A stretch of 64,000 nucleotides of DNA from Lama glama (taxonomy: Eukaryota), in NCBI GenBank assembly GCA_028534125.1, contig CM052817.1:4466001-4530000 (forward strand), read 5' to 3'. The notes beneath the pieces were generated by a model that saw only the letters and a program-made list of their open reading frames with translations, did no database searches and had not been told where the DNA came from. Positions 31,316-43,400 of the stretch are shown one piece after another. A program made the position numbers and the translations under genes. The stretch's first letter is position 1. The number at the start of each line of letters is the position of its first letter.

Positions 31316-31400
31316 CTACAAATTGCTTCTTCTCTTCAGCATCTTCTTGGAATTTTCACCATCCCCAACTGCACTTTCTTGCTGGCTGAGCCTTTTGCTG
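31316..31400 (-). CDS. EVC: EVC exon 21, coding part ([27 protein letters not shown])
   Basis: tttaag|CAGC; TAG at 31318-31316; tandem AAG/CAG acceptor. Confidence 0.92.
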
Positions 31401-34400
31401 CTTAAAACAAGGGAGAAATGCAGCTGTTCAGAACTCTGAGCCCAGGTCTGTCCAGATGCAACAACTCACCCACTCTGATCACATGAAAAGGCAGTGACAG
31501 GAGATCAAAACAATTTGCATCTGGACATAGATTGCTAAGAAACAAATGAAGAGCCCGGCTTCCCTCTGTTTGGTGGGAGGTCATCTGAGTGCCAGGAGGA
31601 AAAAGAAACCCACGCTCAGACGACTGAAAACATATCAGGATGTCCCCCGGACGGATCCGCCCGGCCGCAAACCCCAAAGCCTCCGTAGCCAGCGGGGCCC
31701 TGGGGAGGCTGGGAATTGCTGGCTCTTCAGGCTGGAGGCTGACAGCTGTGCAAGTGGGCTGTGGCCAACCTTGCCGAACTGGACAGTAATAATAGCGATA
31801 ATAGTAATGCCAACACTGCCCGTTATCCTCCATCATTTCTTGGACCCAAGTCAGCACCTCCCAGAGGTGCCAATTTTCCTGCCCAGGCTTAGGTGTCAAC
31901 AAGCGTCCAGACAACCAGCCAGGGCCCCGCCGTACCTGAGTGATCCTGAGTGGGGTCCTGTGCATGCAGGGTCCTCGTCCTTGGGCCCTCCAGCGTCCCC
32001 TCTCTCCCGGGATGCTGGCTTCCTCCTTTTGGTCTTTAGGGGTTTCTCTGCAGGAGACACGTGAACCCAGACACTGGCTCTGGGACTTTAGGTAAGTGAC
32101 AGCTTCTCTCGGGCCAAGTGTGCACTCGGTGCCTTGCTGCTCTGACACCCACTTAACTTGGGAGGAAACTGAGGCTAGCGGGGGTGGTGAGTGGGGTGCG
32201 GTCCCAAGCCCGCACGGCAGGTAGGGGGCAGTGCTGGGACTCAAACTCAGCCGGTCAGGCTCCTGCTGTGTTTCTACCAAGCCCAGCAGATGGAAGCCTT
32301 CGCAGCACTGAGAACCTAAGAACACAGCTCCTGTACCGTAGCTTTTATTTTAATAGCCTTCTGCGATTTCACACACTTTCCTATCACTATCCGGTTAGCA
32401 GGATATGACACCCTGTGATGTCACTGAAGTTCCTGCTGGCAGTGGCAGAAGGGCTAATTAACCCCCTTTTACAGATGGGGAAACAGAGTCAGAGACGAGA
32501 GCTGGCTGGTGAGCAGCAGACCCAGGGATTCGGAATAATCAGAATTATTGAATGTTGGTGAGCCAGGGGCCCAAGGGGCATCCTAGCCAAGCCTGCTCAT
32601 CTGCAGACAAGGACACAGACGCTCAGAGAGGGGAAGTGCGGTGCCAGGGCCACGGGCTAGTTAGCGGCAGGCCTGGGACTAGAACCCACCCTCCCAGCCC
32701 AGAGAGCCTGCAGGGCACCGCCTTCTGCGACTCACCTGACAATCCGCGCTTGTTTGCAAATGGTTTGCTCTCGGCAAGGGGCACCCGGGCCAAGGCCGCC
32801 AGCTCTGAGATGAAGCTCTGCTCAGCTTCCTGGATGCGGAGACAGAGGGTCAGCTGGGCCTCCCCCTGTCCTGCTCCGCCCCTGAGTCCCCTTCCAAATG
32901 AGGCTGACACTGAGAGTGGTTGACAGGACTGAGTCCCGAGTGGAGGACAATCCTGCAAGCAGCACCCGGAGGGGCCAGGAGCAGCAGGGGCAGGTGTGGG
33001 GGGGACTCACCGCCCGTCCTCGCTCACATTGGCCCATTTTACAGGTAAGATCACTGAGGTGAGTGGGGCTCAGGAAGGGCCAGCTGCAGAACCAGGACGT
33101 GACCCACCTTTGCCTGACTCTGGAGTTGGAGTCCTCAATTGTCAACACCGTTGTTCAGCCAGACAGACCTTATTCCACGACTCACTAACCATATGACACC
33201 GGGCAGTGACACATCTCCGGGACCCTCAGGTTCCTCATCTGTAACTGGGACCCTGAGAGTAACCTGCTCCTTGGCAGTTGGGGTGGGGGGACATTGATGG
33301 TGCATGTAGAGCTCTCGGCTCAGTGACTGACTACAGCAGACTCTCGGTAAATAAACGTCAGCCACCATTACTGTCTGATCTCCCAGCTGTTACTGCCACA
33401 CTGGTGGTGAAGCCTCGCAAGGGGCCAACGCTCTGCTCAGTGCTTCCATTCTGGAATTTTGTTTTTCTTAAAGGCAGGCACTTTGCGTCACAGCCACATC
33501 TAATCTCATATAGATGAGCCTTTCCTGTGAGGAAAGCTGGGCTTCCTGTACGTTCTGGGTGACAGTGGGAACCTCGGTCCCAGCAGCCCTGCCTGACGTC
33601 GGCCTCAGCCCCGAGGGGCCCACGTGGCGGCGATTCCCACCCAGGACGACGCTCCCTCCTCCAGCCCCACAGACGCGCCGAGCAGTGGTCGGGGCCTGGC
33701 CCCGAGCTGGGCACCGCAGACGGGCAGGGGGGCGACCCAACTTCACAGCCCAGCGGCGAGGCTGACGCGTCCTCAGCCAGTGGGGGCCGAGGGGGTCCCG
33801 ACCCGGGGCGGGTGGTCCTCGCACAGGCTCCGGTGCTGACCTGTGACCACGAGCTTGGCCCTTTCCCAGTGGAAGAAAACTCCGTACACCACGGCCCGCT
33901 TTGCGAGGGCCCGTTTCTGAGAGCCGTACCTGTAGCTGGGTCTCAAGCTGGGCTTCCAGACGGTCCAAAAGCCTCGCCTCCTGCTTCCGGGCGTCCAGGC
34001 GGATCCGCTGGTGCACCGTGAACTGGGCCAGGAACCCTTTCTGCTGCGCCAGCATCCTGGAGGAAGGAGCGCAGGGAGTGCGCGCGGCCCTTGCCACACC
34101 TCTCCCCAGGGCCCGCCGCGTCGCAGGAATCGGCGACTGACAGCCATCCTCGAGCCCTTGGAGCCGGGAGGAAGGCTAGCCACCGCAGGCACGATTTGCA
34201 GGACACAGCCTGAGTTCCCCCACTAGCGGCCGACTCACAAAAGCAGACGCCGTCTGGTTAACACCTGGGAGTTTACAGAATCTCACACACACGTTTTCAC
34301 TTGCTCCTGGGCTGGCTTGCTGACCCCAGCAGGACCGAGAGGAGAAAAGCTAGGGAGAAGCTCAGGGGGACGGGGTATCCCTGAGGTCCTCCAGCTGCAG

Positions 34401-37400
34401 AATAGTTGAGCAGCAAGTGGCAGCTTCGTATGAGAAAATAATTTTAACCCTGGGTGGTGGCTGGGGGATAGTTTCCTGAAAGGACCCATCTTCACTTAAA
34501 ATGTCAGAATTGCCTCAGCCCCTCCCTAGGATGCAGAGTCTGAGAAATCCTGAACACGGCAACCTCATTACTGCGTGTCACGGAGGACGGAGCTGGGGCT
34601 GAAGCTGGGACCTCGACCTACAGAGAGCCCCACCTCCCTCTCAGGAGCAGGGACTCCTCCCCTCCTGCTTTGAATACCCTCTTCTCCCCAGCCAACCTTC
34701 CTCTGGTCCTCAGCAAACAGAAACATTCAATACCACCCACTCCATCTCCATTCTTTTCAATCTTTTGTGACTGATTTTCTGAAAGGGGCTGACTGTCTAG
34801 ACCTGAAGGCAGAAGCCACTTTTAGCATCAACAGGCAGCTGTCCACGGAGTGAACCTGAAGGCACAAAATTCCACTTGCTTTTGCTTCATCTTCTTCCTT
34901 CTACCAGTAGTACCATTCCCTTCTTCTTTATCGTCTGGCAAACTCCTATTCATCCTACAAGACCCCATCATCCATCATCCATCCATCCATCCACCCATCC
35001 ACTTATTCATAAAAGTATTTCTGGGCTTCTAGGTGCTATGCTGGGTTTTGAAGACACAGCTGTGAATAAGAGACTCAGTCCCTGGCTTCCTGGGGCCCCA
35101 CTCAGAGCTGGGTGGGGATAGATATTGAACAAACACAGCTGAGGTCAGTGCTCAGCAGCGTGGTCTCTCTCACACCCTCAGGGAGGTGGCGTTACTTTCC
35201 TGGGGTGGCTCTAACAATGATCACAAACTTGGGGGCTGAGAACAATAGAAATTGATTCTCTGATGAACAGCCTAGAAACCTTCAGTCAAGGTGTGGACAG
35301 GGCCATGCTCCCTAGGGAAGCTCTAGAGGTGAAACTGCTCCTTGCCTCTTCTGGCGGCTGCAGGCAGCCCTTGGCTTGTGGCTGCATCTCTCCAATCTCT
35401 GCCTCCTTCTTCACATCATCTTCTCTGTGTGTGATCAAATGTCCCTCTGCTTACTTGGTCATTGGGTCCAGGGCCCAATGGGACAGCCCAGCATGATTGG
35501 GTCCTTTCCTCAAGATCTTCAACATAAACGACATCTGCAAAGACCCTTTCTTCCAAACAAGGTCACAGGTATACGTTCCAGGGATTAGGATGTGGACGTA
35601 GCCTTTGGGGCCCCCTTTCAGCCCACTACCGAGGCTGCCTGGTGGCTTCTTGCTGTGAGCAGCCTCCACCCCCTACCTGCTCTGTCACCAGTCCTGGTCA
35701 CTCTCGGCTGTCATCCTGCTGGCTGGTCTGGCTTCCCCCATTGGATTTGGCTCTTGGATATTCTGGGAGGTGACAGGACTGCACGGGAAGGGCCTGGGGG
35801 TCAGGGGCTGGGCTTCACCCTCAAGGCTGGGGGAGCCCTGGGAGGGTCCAGGAGAGTCTCAGACACTGGCTGCTTCATGTTTCACACAATGCCTGGCTGC
35901 AGCGCAGGGAGCAGAAAGGATGGGACCACAGGATGGGACCACACAGGAGTCTGGCTGGAGGCTGCAGTTCTAAGCCAGGAGGGGAGTGACAAGGACTCGC
36001 TTCCAAAGTTGCACAGACACACGCAACATTGTAAATCAACTCTACTTCAATTTAAAAAACAAAATCTAGTAGCCATCATTAAAAAAAAGTCTTTCAAAAT
36101 AGGTATTTTAAAAATATCCATTTCCAGAAGCAGGGAGGTACAGCTCAGTGGTAGAGTGTGTGCTTAGTGTGCACAAGGTCCTGGGTTCAATCCCGGTACC
36201 TCCATTAAAATAAATAAATAATAGATAAATAAATAGAAAAGCTCAATTACTCCCCCAATTACTCCCTTTCATAGTTAAATTCAACTTCGAACATAAGGCG
36301 TCCATGAGCTTAGGCACCCGTCTAGGTGACTCAGACCCCACAGCCAGGTCTACAGCCAGTCCCTCCCTCCACAGGGTGCCCGGAGGGCAGCAGCCCTGAG
36401 CCGGGGCACCACAGGGCGGCCCCAGCACAGCCTCTGTCCTCTGTGAGGACTGTCAGAGCGTGGCTGTCCTGTCCTGGGGCCCAGGATCCGCATGTTCAGC
36501 AGGGAAGTCAAGTGAGACGGATGCCCCCAAATCTGAGAACCACTGGACCGTAGTCTGATGGGTGTATGACAGTCAGAGCAAGTCTCTGCCTCAAGCCACA
36601 GGCAGGGCGTTTGCTGACGCTGTTAACGGCAGAGGGTCTATGGGGGGGGATGCTGGACTCGGCCTGACCTGGAGGATGCCGCGGTTCCTGCTTCCTAAAT
36701 GAGCATCAGATGAGGGCGGGGCCTGCGCTGCGGTGCGGGCCCCTCCCCTCCCCCCTCGTGGGGCGGCGGCCCCGCTGCTGCTTCTAGATGGTGGGATGCT
36801 CTACTTAAGCAGGGGACCACCCCCCGCCCCTGCAGCCGTGGTCCTGCAGCGCCCCTCCCCCATCACAGCCCCGGCGGGGGCTTCCCACTGTCTCTGCTTG
36901 TCCATTTCTCCCTGCGGGCTGTGAGCTCCTGGCTGGGAGGTGCTGTCCCTGCCTAGCTCAGGATCTGGGTGTGTGCTTACAGGGACACGCTGGTAATGAG
37001 CCCACATCCCCTCAGCCCACTGGTGGCCGTCTGCCCTTCGGAGGACAGATTCCACGTACACCAATGGTTTCTTACAAGCACCTGCAACCAGGTCTCAGGG
37101 CTTCTTCTGGCCACAGGGAGGCAGACAGGGGCTTGGCTCAAGGATGGCTGGGAGGGCTGGCGAGCTAACACCCCCAGGGCAGACTCTTAGCCAGGGTGGA
37201 ATGAGGGCTGCTAGACAAATCTCCTATTTCCCTCGCCCCTTGCTGGTGTAATTGGAAGTTGTTCTACACAGAACATCCAGACTGGGGTTGGGCCTCAGCT
37301 GCCATGGAAACCCCTCATTATCACAGGCCTTACAGGCTTTTCTCCCATTGTGGTAGGCCACACAGCGCCCCCCACAGGTGTGCACGCCCTAACCCCTGGA

Positions 37401-40400
37401 CCATGTGAAGATGTTACGTTACATGGCAATCAGGACTTTGCAGGTGTGATTAAGGTTATTGATTTAAATTCAAGATTATCCTGGGTCATCTGGATGGGTC
37501 TCAATCACCGAAGACCATAAAAGCAGAGAAGTTTCTCCAGCTGGGGTCAGAGAGATGCAGAAGACATTCTAAGTGTGGGCAGGACTTAATGCAGCGAGAT
37601 GCAGGGGCCGCATGCAAGGACCAGAGAGAGGCCTCTAGGAGGTCAGGCAGGCCCAGGTGACAGCCACAAGGAAACAGGACCTCTGGATTCTGCTGACAAC
37701 CTGAACAAGCCTGGAAGGGATTCCTCCAGAGCCTCCAGTGAGAGTCGAGACAGCTGACACCTGGACTGCAGATCCGGGAGATAACACACTGTGTGGTTCA
37801 AGGCTGGCCCTTGTCAGGGCAGCAGCAGGTAACTGCCTTCCTCCTCCCTTCCCTCCCCCCTTCCTCCTCCTTTCCCTTCTCCCTTCCCTGCTCCCTCACT
37901 GTGCTTCCTGGGGTCGCCTCCCCAGTAAACGATCTTCCCCTCTGTCCTCACCTCAGGGTCTGCCTCTGGGGGAACCTGAAGTACAGATGGGAGGGAGGTA
38001 CCCTGTCAGGGCCACGAAGAAGACCAAGACCTGGAAACAAAGCCTCCACTGCGTCTGGACTTGTGCCCTTGTGCCTGGTCCCTTCTGGGGGCTGCGTGTA
38101 GAGGGGGAGCCGGACAGAGGCTCGGGGGCTTCCATGCGGGTTGGGTAGGCAGATGATACCCAGATCAACGGCCGAATGCATGTGAGGTCAGAGTGTGACA
38201 GAGAAACATGAGGTGCACAGGGGCCAGGGATGCCCATCCGGGGGCCCACAGACAGCAGGGAGACCTCACCTCCGATGCACGGCTCCAGAGGCTCCCTGAG
38301 CTCCACCTGCCATCTGGCCCCCTGAGGAAGCGTTGCCGAGTTCTTGCTTCTTCTGCAGCTTGTAATTTTCCATCCTCTCCCCTAGACCATGAAACACACA
38401 ATGATCAAGGTGCGTGTTTGGAGGATGGATGCAGTGCCAGGTCTGGGCCGGGTGCTGGGGTGTGAGGATCAGCAGGACAAATGGTTACCAGCCCCCGTGG
38501 TTCACCCAGGGAAGGGCTTCGTGTGCGTGAAGGTGCTGCGGCTTCCACACACCACACGCCTCTCCCTGCAACGGCTCAGCCCTGGCTCTCTTGTAAGTAT
38601 CAAGAGAAAAGGGAGCTGAATAAGAGTTAACACTGAGAGGCCACCACAAACCCCTCAATCTCCACACCAGAGAGGAAAAGCCACTCACCACGCAGAGCTG
38701 AGGCGTGTGGTGAGCCCCGCAGCCGTAGGTGCTGAAACGGGTGCTTTCCAAGGAGCTGGGATGTTGGGCCTCCCACGTCCGAGGTGCACTGGCCTGCATC
38801 TCAGAACATGCTTATACTCAACTAGCTGCTACACTTACCAAGTTGCATTTAACTAGTTGTCCCACTGACCCAGGTGCGAGTAGTGCGGTGTCAGCAGGCC
38901 GCTGACCTCCCTGAACCTGAGCCTTCTAGAGCTAACAGAGAGGTTTCACCTGAGGGTCCCCAGGGCATGGCCGTCTATAACTCTTAAGTAAAAAAGAGTT
39001 GCCTGAATTTAAAAAAAAAAAAAAAAAGAGCTCGTGTGATTAAGTTATGTCACTTCAATGCATTTGGTGAGAAACCCCCTCCCTGGAGTTGGGGGATCAA
39101 GAAGCAGGAAGTCAGAGCTGGGAGGATGCACTAAGGGAGAGCCCACCCCGAGCCTCACAGATGGGGAAACTGAGGCCCAGAGAGGGGACGTGAACACCCC
39201 AGTTCCTGAATGTTCTGCAGAGGCGATCAATCTCGTCTGTCCCCTGCTGAACGAGGCCTTATGTTGGAAAACCAGCATGAAGGATCTGTGGCCAGCTGGC
39301 GTATCTCTGGGTACGCCCCAGATTTTATTTGAATGCAGGGCTTACCTTCCCAGCCAAGGGGAAAGTAACAGTGGCAGACAGCTGCGCTCACTGAGATGTA
39401 ATACTCACGGAAGACCGGCCCCAGGACCCACGGCCCGTCCTCCGTCCAGAGACCTCGGACAACCCAGACAAAGCCCAGCAGAGAACGTGGGACCCCACCC
39501 TGTTCCAAAGCCCCAGACGTGGGGAGGGATGTCACAAGAAGAGGCGTTAAGAAACTGGCCTTTGTCTGTTACTACATGATGTCCTTGCTGGCCTGGGGAT
39601 GTCATCCGCTCCTTCTCCCCGGTGGCTCCTTGCCAGAGCCCACAGGGGAAAACCATCTGGGTCTCAGGCACATTGTGGGCCACCTGGCTGTCCTTACTCA
39701 CAGTCACTGTGACAGCTTTAATTGAGGGCGTCTCTATCTCTTTGGCCACCAGAAAGCCCAGAGCCCTGTCACCTCTAAGCAGGGATCTGATGACGTCTGT
39801 CCCAGACGATGGCCTATCCCTAACTCCATCCCACTGTCCCGTCCTTGTCCTGATTCATCTACTTTGAAAAAACCCTATTTACTCCAGGGACATGTTCCTG
39901 TAAGTGCTTCTTCAAAAGCCTTTCGGGGCCAAGGCAGAGGATAACTACGTACATAAAACAGTTAAAAAATTGAATTCCCTCAGGTAAAATTTGAAACACC
40001 TGATGCTTCATTCTGTCCCGAACTAAGAGCACGTCTGGCTGGTTGTGGGCAGGGCCCCCGCCGGGGGTACCATACCCTGTAGGGTCTTCAGATGCTGCAG
40101 CTTCCTCTCCTCGTGGTCCTGCATGGCCCTCCCAATCTGCTGGTAATATGCGTGCACGAGCTGGCCGACGCCCGCGCTGGTCACGTAGACGCTCTCGGCC
40201 GCCGCCTCCATCAGTGTTCCCTGCGGGCAGGAGGAGGACTCAGCAGGGAAGACGCACGCAGAGCTGGCCACGGCTGACACGGCCCCCTGCTGCCCCTGGC
40301 TCTGGCTGCCGTATCCTACCCACTCCCAACCTTGGCTGGTCGGGCGCAGGATGCACGGCTAGTGTCGATGCTCTCATTTCCTTGGGAGGGATGGTCTGAG

Positions 40401-43400
40401 GCTGGCTGTGTGACAGTGCTGGCCAATGAGACGCAGTACTACAAAAAGCCTGCTGAGGACCTGCCCTTCCTGAACATTAAGGCAAAGCTTTGGTGTGGAT
40501 GAAAGACTTTGCTGCTTCTCTCTTCCTGCCTGGAACGCAGACTTGATGTCTGGAGTGGCAGTGGCCATTTTGAGATCATTAGGCAACAAACCAACACCCA
40601 GAATGAGGGATCAGAAAGACATCACCTGGTCCTTGGTCACATGACAGAGCCTCTGCGCCAGCCTGGAACCACCTACTTCCCCATTTCTTGTAATGTGAGA
40701 TCAGTAACTTCTATTTATTTGAGTACAAATTTCTGTTACTTGCAGTTATAGGCATTCCTCAACGATACACCTTCAGGCCCAAAGCGAGGAAATGTGGAGA
40801 CGCCCCATCATCGGGGACATGTGGGCTGTGCATGGGCCAAGTCACCATCTTTTACTTCATAAAGTGATGAGCAAAAGGCAGGTTCAGGAGCCCTCATTTC
40901 AACAAACACATACTGAATGGCTCCAGGCTTTGGGCAAGGAAAACACCCACTGGTTATCGAGTGGCGGTGCCTGAGTGGCTGGTTATGTCCCAGCGCGGAG
41001 AAATGGGCCCTCATTTGCAGGTGTGGACAGAAGCTGTGGAGGCGAAGAGGGTGGAGGCCCAGGATGCAGAGAAGGTGTGAGCGTGTCTTCTCGCTCCCCT
41101 GCTCCTCCCTGACTGTGGCCGGTTCTCCTTCCTGCTCTGTCCACATCCACGTCTGACTCCACCCGCCAAGGACTCTGAGCTGTGGCCTTGCACTGCCAGC
41201 CAGGAGCTCCCACGCCGACCCAAGGCTGCTGCTCAGCCCTAAGCTTGCCTCTCGTGCACGCCTGCCCACCCACCCCGCCCCAGTGCCTCTTGTCCCTCGG
41301 GTTCCCCAGGCCAGGCTGGTTCGCACCTTGAAGCCATCCGTGTCCTTGGCCCGGCTCCTGGATGCCGTGGTCCTCGCGTGCCCCAGCAGCGCCTGCCCGA
41401 TGGCTTGCTCTGTGTGCTGCTGCAGGAGTTGCCCGACCCCCTGGGCCTCGGCCACGAGCTGCTGCTGAAGCTGCAGCCGCACCTGCTGCGCCTCCTCCTC
41501 CAGCCGGCTGGCCTCCTCCAGGATGCGCGCCTCCTAGAAAGTACAGGGCAGGGAGAGGTGGGCGCCCAGGCTGCGGCCCTGCAGAGATGCTCTGGCCAGG
41601 ACCAGGACCAGGACCAGGATGCGGGGTCAGCCTTGCCTGGGGTTCCAGGGAGATTGGGAAAGGGATGGAGAAGTGGAGGAAAGTGGAGACCCTAGGCTGG
41701 CAAAAGCCAATACATAGTGGATGAGCCTGGGTATCTTGAAGACCCCCCAACGCATTTATTGGGCATCAATTGTGTGCCCAGTGCCATCTGCGGCTTCTCA
41801 TATGTACAAGAACTTCCTCATTCTTCCAGAACACAGTGAGGCCTGAACACCAGGAATGATGAGGACATAGAGGCTCAGAGACATTAAGTAACTTTCTAAA
41901 AGTCACACAGAAGAGCTGGGTTTTGAAGTCACATCTGAGTCTGAGAGTAATCTGGTACATCATGGAAGCCAAGGCAGGGAAACTGGGGCCCAGAGGTTTC
42001 CTTTCATTGTAGGAATGAGTCGGAGAAGGCGGTGAGGGGAGTCAGAGGCAGGGCAGGAAGTCCTGCCTGCATCCCCCCAAGCCCTCCTGGGCAGGGCAAC
42101 AGAGGCTGTGAGCTTGTCCCTCCCCAGTGGGTCAAAGACATCAGCTGCTCCTACAGCTCAGCGGCTACGTGAGACCTGGAGTCAGCCTGCTTGGGTTAAA
42201 ATCCCAGCTGTGCAATTTGCAGTCTTTCTTTCAGTTTGTTAAGACCTTAAAACAGACTACGGAGCCCTTTTCTCCCAACCCCCAATGATGACTGTACCTG
42301 TCTGTGCTCTGACTTCATACGCTTTTTTAGTGTAACTCTCATGATAGTGTACACTAGAAGCTTTGGGCACAGGTTGTCCCCTGACGGGGGCTGCCCTTGT
42401 CCCCACCACACAACGGGGGGCGGGTGGGGGGCAGGGCAGAGCTGAGTTTCTGGCTGACCGGGCTGGAACCTGGAAGCTGGGGATGCAGCGCTCCTGCCTG
42501 GGATGGGCGGGGGGCTGGTGCACATCTTACCAAAGCTCTGAGCAGCTGCCACTGATGCTCGTCCAGACACTGGGAGGAGCCCTGCTCCAGGGCGTGCTGT
42601 TCACGCAGCTCCTGGAGAAGGGTCTTCTTCCCGGACAGTCTCATCTGGGTCAGGGTGGTGATGGTGCTGCCACGGAGAGCCAGCCGCCGGATTGCTGAGC
42701 GCAGGAGCAGCTCATGCCCCTGCAGGATGCACTGCGTGGACCTTTGGAGAAAGTGGGTGGGGGAGCCGGGGGTTGGTCATTGCTCTTGGCTTCACTGAGT
42801 GTGACGGTTAATTTTATGCGTTAACTTGACTGGGCTCCGGGGCGCCTGACATCTGATCAAACGTCATTCTGAGAGATTCTGTGAGGGTTTTTCTAGAGAT
42901 TAACATTTGAATTGGTAGACTGTGCAGACTGTCCTCCCTAATGTGGGTGGGCCTCATCCAATCAGTTGATGGTCTGACGAGAAGAAAAGCCTTCTCACTC
43001 ACAAGTAAGAGGGAACTCCTCCTGCCCGACTGCCTTGAGTGGGTCGTGGGTTTCTCCTGTCTTTGGACTTAAACTGAAACACTGGCTCTTCTTGGATCTT
43101 GAGTCTGCTGGCCTTCAGACTGGAGCTCGCACCATCAGCCCTCTTCATTTGTCACGTCTTCAGACTTGGGAGTGAAACTATATATTGGTTCTACTGAGTC
43201 TCCATCTGCAGATCTTGGGACCTCTCAGCTTCTAAATCTCTATCTCTACCTACACTTACTGGTTCTTTTTCTTTGGAGAATCCTGACTAATACCTACCAA
43301 GAAACACCCCAAATAGTCACAGCCCACAGGGAGCCTTTCCAGAAGTGATTAAGCTGGAATCACCCTGTCCTCTGCTGACCATCCTCTCAGACACGGGTGC

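Noticed and set aside
31402..32325. Longest ORF in the track (307 aa, minus strand)
   Set aside because: It crosses EVC exon 20 in the wrong frame plus introns with MIR-like sequence, and shows no protein-like character.
34836..34856. REST/RE1-like half sites (also near 10728 and 14121)
   Set aside because: Spacing or one half deviates from TTCAGCACCACGGACAGCGCC; too weak to call.
41594..41620. (CCAGGA)n short tandem repeat near EVC exon 15
   Set aside because: Only about four units of a simple hexamer with no spacers; not CRISPR-like and no supportable function.
40808..41750. Long overlapping ORFs (224 and 255 aa), and similar ones at 33468-34097 and 56123-56827
   Set aside because: They are exon read-through into introns or antisense shadows of GC-rich EVC exons.
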